DNA of 64,000 nucleotides from Anthoceros angustus. Taxonomy: Eukaryota > Plantae > Anthocerotophyta. Shown one piece after another: positions 56,528 through 64,000 of the stretch (the stretch's first letter is position 1; each line of letters begins with the position of its first letter). Under the pieces are notes generated by a model, which made no database searches, was not told where the DNA came from, and worked only from the letters and a program-made list of their open reading frames with translations. Where the stretch lies: contig VJWM01000108.1 of NCBI GenBank assembly GCA_010909165.1, positions 620,001 through 684,000 of the forward strand. Direction: 5' to 3'. The position numbers and the translations under genes were made by a program.

Positions 56528-59413
56528 TCAAGCGATAGACAGCTCTCTCTCCCCCCTCAGACACAGTGATCTAGGGTATGTGTGTTCACACACAAAACAA
56601 CGTCCTTTCCCTCGTAAAAAAAGTCCCCGAGTGACGACAGAGTCCAAATGCAGAGCATACCCAGCTTTCCTGAGCCTGGGAAAAAGTTGCCTCAGGCTTG
56701 CATACACAGCTTCACTTTCGGGATGTTTTTCATCCCCAACCGAGAAACTATGTACCAGTCCGTCCACGTCAGTCCACCAGCTCTGGCCTGGCTGCTTCCA
56801 TGCTCCCGCTCCTTCTCTCCTCCGCTGCACCTCCTGTGCCTTCTCCAACATCTGGGCAGCGGTGTAAATGTTTGACATCAACACATATGCTGAGGGATCT
56901 CTTTTGTCCAGCTTCACTGCTTCATGGAAAGCATGGCATGCCACCTCCAAGCTACTCCACTTTCGACAAGCACCCAAAAGAGTACGCCACACTGCAGCAT
57001 CAGGGAGTACCGGCATTGTCCTTACCAAAGCTAATGCCTCCTCCAACTCACCGGCCCGACCCAGGAGATCCACCATGCATGTGTAGTGCTCCACAGTGGG
57101 AGCGAGTCCATAGTGTCTGCTCATAGCCTGAAAGTACTCGCGCCCCTTGTTCACCAGACCTGCATGACTGCACGCCGTGAGAACACAAAGGAATGTGACA
57201 CCAGCTGGCTCTGCGCAATTTTCTCTCATTTGGTGAAACAAGTCAAACACCCTATCACTGTCTCCTTGACGGGTGTACCCTGCAATCAGTGTATTCCAGG
57301 CAACAAAATCTCTTTCAGGCAAGGCCTCAAATATCTGCTGTGCATCAACCATGCTCCCGGACTTTGCATACATGTTGATCAGACCGATGGCTATAAGCAC
57401 GTCAGCTTGAAGCCCATGCTCTTCAATCTCTGCATGAAGCTGCCTCCCGAGATGTAAGGCCGCCACATTTGCACAAGCCTGGAGGAGGCAAACATATGTC
57501 ACATAATCGGGTGCAAGGATGCCTTCTTGCTGCATCGCCCTGTAAAGACGAAGGGCTGCCTGTCCCATGCCCTGCTGGGAATATCCCCCTATCATGGAAT
57601 TCCACGTCGCTACAGTTTTTTGACTGAGACCCTCGAACACAGCCTGAGCATCCTCTACGCTGCCACACTTTGCATACATGTTTACCAAACTATTGCCCAA
57701 ACGACCATCAGCATCAAGCCCCCGTTCTCTAATCTGTGAATGAAGCTGCTTCCCCTTCTCCATCGCTGGGATGCCAACACTTGCACATGCCTGTAGGAGG
57801 CAAACAAACGTAACAGAGTCGGGTATCGCAATGCCTTGTTGTTGCATGGCACTGTAAAGGCGAAGAGCTTCCTGACCCAAGCCCTGCTGAGAGTATCCTG
57901 CTATGAGAGTGGTCCACGTTACTACATCCTTTCGAGGAAGCCTGTCAAACACTCGGCGAGCATCTTCCAAGCTGCCACACTTTGCGTACATGTTCACCAA
58001 GCTGCAACCAACAACCACATCAGCCTCAAGGCCTTGTTTTCGAATCTGTGCATGAAGTGCCTTCCCCCTCTCCAAAGCCAGAGTCCCCACACTTGCGCAT
58101 GCCTGCAGGAGGCATACAAAGGTCACAGAATCAGGTGCAGCAATGCCTTCTTCTTGCATAGCACTGTAAAGGCGTAGGGCTTCCTCACCCATACCCTTCT
58201 GCTGAGAATATCCCGCAATCAGAGCTGTCCACGTAACCACATTCTTCTGACCGAGCCCATCAAACACACCCTGAGCATCATTCAAGCTGCCGCACTTGAC
58301 ATACATGTTCACCAAGCTGCAACCTACCACCACATCGGCCTGAAGGCCCAGTTCTACGATCTCTGCATGGAGCTGCCTCCCCCTTTCTAGGGCCAGAGTA
58401 CCCACACTTGCACAAGCCTGCAAGACGCACACAAATGTGACGTGAGTGGGTGCAGCAATGGGGTCTTGTTGCATGGCGCTGTAAAGCTGAAGGGCTTTCT
58501 GACCCAAGCCCTGCTGGGAATAGCCTGATATGACGGCATTCCAGGTGGCAGCATTTTTCTGACTTAGTCCGTCAAACACCCTTTGAGCGTCTTCCAAGCT
58601 TCCGCATTTTGCATACATGTCCACCAAGCAACTACAGACAGACGAGTCAGTGTCAAGCAGGCCGCTACCCAACACATCAGCATGCACCTGCTGCCCAGTT
58701 ACCAAGTCGGCTGCCCTTGCACAAGCCTGCAGGGCTGCTACAAACACATGCCTATCTGGCTTCACACTCGACCTGCGCATTTGGTTATAAAGCTGTACGG
58801 CCCGCTTAGCTTGTCCATGTTGAGCACACGCAGAAATCACGGCAGACCACGTGAAGGAATCCGGATCGGCCACCACGGTGAACACATCCATCGCTTCTTG
58901 CAACCTGGACTGAGAAGCGTACATTCGCAGGATGTGGTTGCACAGGAACGTGTCCGATTCATACCCGATTTTCACAAGGAGTGCATGCAAACGGCGTCCC
59001 AGAACAAGATCCTGCTTAACAAGGCATCTTTTGAGCACAGTATAAAAAAGAGCCTTGGATGTACCGCAGTCTGTCTGTAACACACGTCCCAGAGCCTCAA
59101 CAGCCTCCGTGAGCTGCCCCTGCTGACACAATGTCCTCACGGTTTTAGCAGTCGTTCTTTCTTCGGAGCCTGCAAGCATGCAAGGGCTCCACTTGGCTGC
59201 CACAGCCCTCCTTAAGCCGGACGAACTAGAGCTCTTTTCATATTGGATGTCATCCCTCGAACAACCAGAGATCTTCTTCCACCAACCCGGCGTTTCCTTC
59301 CTCGGGCGGACAGATGAAGTGCAAGGCGCCAAGCCGCCATGATTCGCACACACCCACACGGAACCTCTGGACTCAAGGTTGAACCCAAGAGCCAGCTCCA
59401 CCATACAGTCCAT
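56528..59413 (-). CDS. PLS-class PPR protein, DYW:WW type, 5 PLS triplets, truncated or degenerate deaminase
   Basis: 961-aa ORF with WKQPGQSWWTD..GDEKHPESEAVYASL..RKAGY. It loses frame near GKDVVLC, and no HxE/CxxC is recoverable. Confidence 0.92.
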   Translation of the reverse strand: MDCMVELALGFNLESRGSVWVCANHGGLAPCTSSVRPRKETPGWWKKISGCSRDDIQYEKSSSSSGLRRAVAAKWSPCMLAGSEERTTAKTVRTLCQQGQLTEAVEALGRVLQTDCGTSKALFYTVLKRCLVKQDLVLGRRLHALLVKIGYESDTFLCNHILRMYASQSRLQEAMDVFTVVADPDSFTWSAVISACAQHGQAKRAVQLYNQMRRSSVKPDRHVFVAALQACARAADLVTGQQVHADVLGSGLLDTDSSVCSCLVDMYAKCGSLEDAQRVFDGLSQKNAATWNAVISGYSQQGLGQKALQLYSAMQQDPIAAPTHVTFVCVLQACASVGTLALERGRQLHAEIVELGLQADVVVGCSLVNMYVKCGSLNDAQGVFDGLGQKNVVTWTALIAGYSQQKGMGEEALRLYSAMQEEGIAAPDSVTFVCLLQACASVGTLALERGKALHAQIRKQGLEADVVVGCSLVNMYAKCGSLEDARRVFDRLPRKDVVTWTTLIAGYSQQGLGQEALRLYSAMQQQGIAIPDSVTFVCLLQACASVGIPAMEKGKQLHSQIRERGLDADGRLGNSLVNMYAKCGSVEDAQAVFEGLSQKTVATWNSMIGGYSQQGMGQAALRLYRAMQQEGILAPDYVTYVCLLQACANVAALHLGRQLHAEIEEHGLQADVLIAIGLINMYAKSGSMVDAQQIFEALPERDFVAWNTLIAGYTRQGDSDRVFDLFHQMRENCAEPAGVTFLCVLTACSHAGLVNKGREYFQAMSRHYGLAPTVEHYTCMVDLLGRAGELEEALALVRTMPVLPDAAVWRTLLGACRKWSSLEVACHAFHEAVKLDKRDPSAYVLMSNIYTAAQMLEKAQEVQRRREGAGAWKQPGQSWWTDVDGLVHSFSVGDEKHPESEAVYASLRQLFPRLRKAGYALHLDSVVTRGLFLRGKGRCFVCEHTYPRSLCLRGERELSIA

Positions 59414-59576
59414 TCATGTCGCGATGCCGTACTGAACTTCTGCAATCTCGGCTTATCAGCAGGTTGGTGATGATGCGTGCCCGTGAACTTGCACATCCCG
59501 ATCCTCCAACTTCAAGCAAGACTGCAAATTCCTAAACAGTCCACAATTCTAGTGGAGAAAAATGAGATATTTCTAT

Positions 59577-61460
59577 TCCACTACCTTCTGAAGGCTAGCC
59601 ATTAATTGCCACAAACGGAGGGGGAACCGGGGGGCGCTGAGGGGGCGAGACTTTGAGGTACCGCTTGCAGACTGTACAAGTTTTTTTTGGCTGAGTAGCC
59701 CAAAGTGCCTCAAAGCGGTACCGCTTCCCGCTTGCAGAGTTCACAATTTTTATTGGTTGAGTAACCCAAAGGACTTAGAGAAATATAGTATGGGGTACCA
59801 TTTGGACAATGCTTTAGCCCAGAGAAGTAACACCCCCTTTTCAGCGAGGTGGGGCAGTCACATAGCGACAAAAACATCACCAGACACCAGCACTAGGCCT
59901 TCAAGTAGCCCGCCGTCCTTCCACGGACGACTCGCGATCCGGCCACCGCCACTGCCATTTATTCCAAGAGTCAACAAGAATACATGAGAGATCGAGAGCT
60001 CCCCATCTTTGCCTAAACTAGAGCTTAGCTCTCTCCCTCGATCTCCTCCTCAACAGCTCTCCTCTAGCACGCTCACACTCTAGGCTCCCAAGGCCTCTAG
60101 GCACCAAAGTCCTATCCTCACAAGAGTGTAGCTCCCAAGTGCTAGGATCCTTCTAGACATGCTCACACTCCACGCTCCCAAGGCCTTTAGGCTCCAAAGT
60201 CCTATCCTCCAGAGTGTAGCTCCCCATGCTAGGATCACAAGATGCTTCTCTAGGGCTAGCCTCATCTCCTTTTATAGGGAGGCTTACAACATTTCAAAGT
60301 AACCGCTTAAAAGCACTTTCTTCCTTAAGCCCTAAGCTAAGTCTTACCACCACTACTACAACTTACTAACTAGATACATGTATGCTTCTCATGCAAGGCT
60401 TGTTACTATTCCACTACATTCAAGGCTAGCCATTAATTGCCACAAACGGAGGGGAACTGGGGCGCTGAGGGGGCGAGACTTTGAGGTACTGCTTGCAGAC
60501 TGTACAAGTTTTTTTTGGCTGAGTAGCCCAAAGTGCCTCAAAGCGGTACCGCTTCCCGCTTGCAGAGTTCACAATTTTTATTGGTTGAGTAACCCAAAGG
60601 ACTTAGAGAAATATAGTATGGGGTACCATTTGGACAATGCTTTAGCCCAGAGAAGTAACACCCCCTTTTCAGCGAGGTGGGGCAGTCACATAGCGACAAA
60701 AACATCACCAGACACCAGCACTAGGCCTTCAAGTAGCCCGCCGTCCTTCCACGGGACGACTCGCGATCGCCACGCCACTGCTTATTCCAAAGAGTCAACA
60801 AGAATACATGAGAGATCGAGAGCTCCCCATCTTTGCCTAAACTAGGAGCTTAGCTCTCTCCCCTCGATCTCCTCCTCAACAGCTCTCCTCTAGCACGCTC
60901 ACACTCTAGGCTCCCAAGGCCTCTAGGCACCAAAGTCCTATCCTCACAAGAGTGTAGCTCCCAAGTGCTAGGATCCTTCTAGACATGCTCACACTCCACG
61001 CTCCCAAGGCCTTTAGGCTCCAAAGTCCTATCCTCCAGAGTGTAGCTCCCCATGCTAGGATCACAAGATGCTTCTCTAGGGCTAGCCTCATCTCCTTTTA
61101 TAGGGAGGCTTACAACATTTCCAAAGTAACTGCTTAAAGCAGACTTTCTTCCTTAAGCCCTAAGCTAAGTCTTACCACCACTACTTACAACTTACTAACT
61201 AGATACAGGGCTGTATGCTTCTCATGCAAGGCTTGTTACTATTCCACTACATTCTGAAGGCTAGCCATTAATTGCCACAAACGGAGGGGGAACCGGGGGC
61301 GAGACTTTGAGGTCTTGCGACTATACAAGTTTTTTTGGCTGAGTAGCCCAAAGTGCCTCAAAGCGGTACCGCTTCCCGCTTGCATAGTTCACAATTTTTA
61401 TTGGTTGAGTAACCCAAAGGGCTTAGAGAAATATAGTATGGGGTACCATTTGGACAATGC
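59577..61460 (+). repeat. Tandem repeat of about 830 bp (2.2 copies), probably TE-derived
   Basis: AAGGCTAGCCATTAATTGCCACAAACGGAGGGG at about 59591, 60422 and 61257; junctions share TTCCACTAC. The minus strand contains CCCTATAAAGGAG (TATA-like) and AAAAGGGGGTGTT (PPT-like). Confidence 0.9.
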
Positions 61461-61791
61461 TATAGTCGAGAGAAATATATTATGGGATATCATTTGGACA
61501 ATGCTTTGACCTTTCCTTAAAATTTGATCAAGGAGTTCATATTTTTGATGAAATATGATCATTACTTCATCAAATGGTCAAATGTGTTATGATTTCCAAC
61601 ATATATTATCATTTAAAAATTTTAACATATTATTATAAAATATAGGCATAAAATATGAACTGGGTCTCATATTTCTAAAAATTTTGTATTATATTTAGAT
61701 ACTTGAGAAGCTAGAATGAAGGACAGTCCGAACTTCGGGTGGCATGTATGTCGTATAGATGACAAGTTTTGCATCTTGAAGCTCATCATCC

Positions 61792-62051
61792 CCCTACTAG
61801 AAATCCTTATCCATGTTACACATTTTGTTAACATTTGGACCCCTCGATGTTGCACTTATGTTGCAATTTTGGGTTCATGCAATACTTTTTCAGCCCCTTG
61901 TTATCATGAGGTTTGGAACCTGCACCGTAATGTTGTTGCAGTCGTGTTGCAATAATGTTGAGATGTAGTGAGAGATGGTTTTGTCCCCCTCTCAAAATTG
62001 CAACAAGTTGCAATATCCAAAGTGTTATAAAGAACTTCTTGTTATACTTTT
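61792..62051. mobile_element. Left end of a CCCTA-type CACTA-superfamily element, interrupted by a Gypsy insertion
   Basis: CCCTACTAGAAAT followed by subterminal sequence similar to 41853-42110 (TTTGGACCCCT.GATGT..CACTTATGTTGCAATTTTGGG). Confidence 0.82.
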
Positions 62052-64000
62052 TGTAACCGATGACGAGGACGGGTTGGGATCAGGCACATGAGAAGGCAAG
62101 CATGCCGAAAGGTCGTAGTTCATTTAGAACAAGGTGTGAGTAGGCAGGCATGCCGTAGGGATGTGCGAGAGGTGTAAGTGAAAATGTGGTTTAGTTCTAG
62201 TGCAGTTTATAGTAGTTACAAAAACTACCAAGTGTAAGGGTATTTAAGGATAAGAAATGAAGGGCAAGGGACCCCTCATGATGGGACTTGTTTACATTTT
62301 GGTATCAGAGCCACGCGTTCACCAGTTGGTTGAACAAACTGAGCTTACATTGGGAACAAACTTGGCTGTGGCTGTGAGAATTTCAGTCTGACGAACAAAA
62401 GTCAAGTTGATTCCTAGTGTTAGCTCATGCATTGCGGGCATTTGAGTTTGGGGAAGGATTGTATGGCAAGACGATACATCCCATCTGATGAAACAGTGGA
62501 CAGACATTGGGCAAAGTGGCGTCGCTTGGCTACTTGGAATGGGTTTCCTCGACATCGAGAGCTGCGGAGTGCAATTAAACTAGCAAGGAAGTATATTTGG
62601 GACAATCTTTGGGCTGAGGAACTTTGTGCTCTTTTGGAGGAGCGATATCAACAACCTGACGGGGTTGAGTGGTCCAGAACACACAGGAATGCTCTTTACT
62701 TGTTACAAGATTTTATACCACCCGAGTTGGATCGCCCAATGTATTTGGAAGTCTGGAGATGGATAGCAACGAGGACGAAATGGAAACAAGTGAAAAACAG
62801 ACGCCAGTTGGAGATGAAGTATATGCAGGGATAATGCGGATGATGTAGTTGACTGAGGAGCAAAGGATGCGGATGGAGGAAATTCATGCTGAGGTAAGTT
62901 CCTTGCGGGGAGCTACAACTGAGGCAAACACTGCCAGTCCATTGCCACATCTGTTCAGGATGATGGAGGCACAGGCTCAGGAGGTCGCAAGTGTCAGGGC
63001 GGAACTGTTAAGGCAGCGTGAGCATAGTCTAAGAACCACATGAGGGGTTAAGCCTAGCAGACCACAACCATATGCTGGTGAAAGGGATTCTACAAAGTTG
63101 GAGGAGTGGATTGATAAAACTGATCAGTATATGTTGCTTGCAAATGTGGGAATCAAAAGACAGGTGGAGATGGCTGCGTCTTTTCTCACTGGGACAGCAG
63201 CATTGTGGTGGCGACGACGCAAGTTGGCAGTCCGAAGGGGAGAGTCAACTGCAAATACTGTTGGAGAATTAGCTGAAGGATTACGACAACAGTTTTTGCC
63301 TCGTGAAGCGGAGTGGGTAGCACGAGATCGTTTGAGCAAATTGACACAACGTGGAGCTGTAGCAAAGTATACTGATGAGTTTTTGGAACTTGAGCTTTCG
63401 ATAACAGATATGCCAGAGAAGGAACAAGTGGATCGGTATTTGCGGGGGTTAAAATCTCACATATAAAGCTCTAACAAGGATTCGTTGGATGAGGTTATAA
63501 GATTTGCAGATCGAATCGAAGCACACAAGTCTGGAGGACAAGGTGGTACGTGGCAGCTGAATACTCAACCTTGGGTTCCACGGGTAATGACGAAAGCCAG
63601 AGACAATAGTTATACGCAACAAAGATCTGAGGCTGTGCTGATGGAGTTAGGGGCCACACAATTTCCAGGTAGATGTTATTCTTGTGGCAAGTACGGACAT
63701 AGGGCCCAGGAATGTCGAGGAGGGTTCAAAGTTAAGGGAACTCAAAGTGGTGCAGCTAATCGAGGGAGGCAACTGAACACGGTACAGATTGAAGAGGAAA
63801 ATGCTAATATTTCGAAGTTACCTAATGGTAAGAGACCTGTGTACTCCACCTTGTATGCTATTCGTGCAGCGGGGTTAATTCGGGTTCCAATTATGATTAA
63901 AGGGGCACATGCCATCTTGCTTGTAGATTCAGGAGCCAGTGCTAACTTTCTATCTTATGACTTTGCTCAGAGGCATAACATCTTGGCTACATGTGACGGG
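62052..64000 (+). mobile_element. Ty3/Gypsy LTR retrotransposon 5' part: LTR, PBS, extra ORF, gag, protease
   Basis: LTR TGTAA(62052)...TTACA(62296); PBS TGGTATCAGAGCC at 62300-62312; gag AASFLTGTAALWW, YTDEFLEL; zinc knuckle CYSCGKYGHRAQEC; protease LLVDSGASANF. In-frame stops occur in gag. Confidence 0.93.
62427..62834 (+). CDS. Intact 135-aa ORF upstream of Gypsy gag
   Basis: Uninterrupted Trp/Arg-rich ORF between the PBS and gag. Its TAA overlaps an ATG (TAATG) that is in frame with the gag N-terminal segment. Confidence 0.5.
   Translation: MHCGHLSLGKDCMARRYIPSDETVDRHWAKWRRLATWNGFPRHRELRSAIKLARKYIWDNLWAEELCALLEERYQQPDGVEWSRTHRNALYLLQDFIPPELDRPMYLEVWRWIATRTKWKQVKNRRQLEMKYMQG

Overview
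Plant nuclear DNA, most likely hornwort (inference: DYW:KP and DYW:WW type PLS-class PPR genes occur together). The window holds a cluster of six apparently intronless PPR RNA-editing-factor genes. Three are KP-type with an intact HAE/CxxC deaminase (two ending GRP, one ending DGH), the class implicated in U-to-C editing. Three are long WW-type (PGQSWW) genes whose deaminase tails are degenerate. Twice a KP gene and a WW gene sit tail-to-tail. The most novel-looking signal is an OSB-type PDF ssDNA-binding motif (FFxDPxxWWDNRxxK...PDF...EVLWL...PxWVDxQL) fused N-terminal to the PPR array, intact in a KP-GRP gene and decayed in a WW gene. The rest is nested mobile DNA: Copia and Gypsy retrotransposons, solo LTRs, CRE-clade RLE LINEs, a PIF/Harbinger element, CACTA-superfamily elements with CCCTA termini, a possible RTE-type 3' end with (GTTGA)41, minisatellites, and many 0.1-2 kb tandem duplications. 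Several copies are rich in small indels, so some frameshifts and duplications may be long-read or assembly errors. No rRNA, tRNA or CRISPR array was found. All domain calls come from motif recognition by eye, not from database searches.
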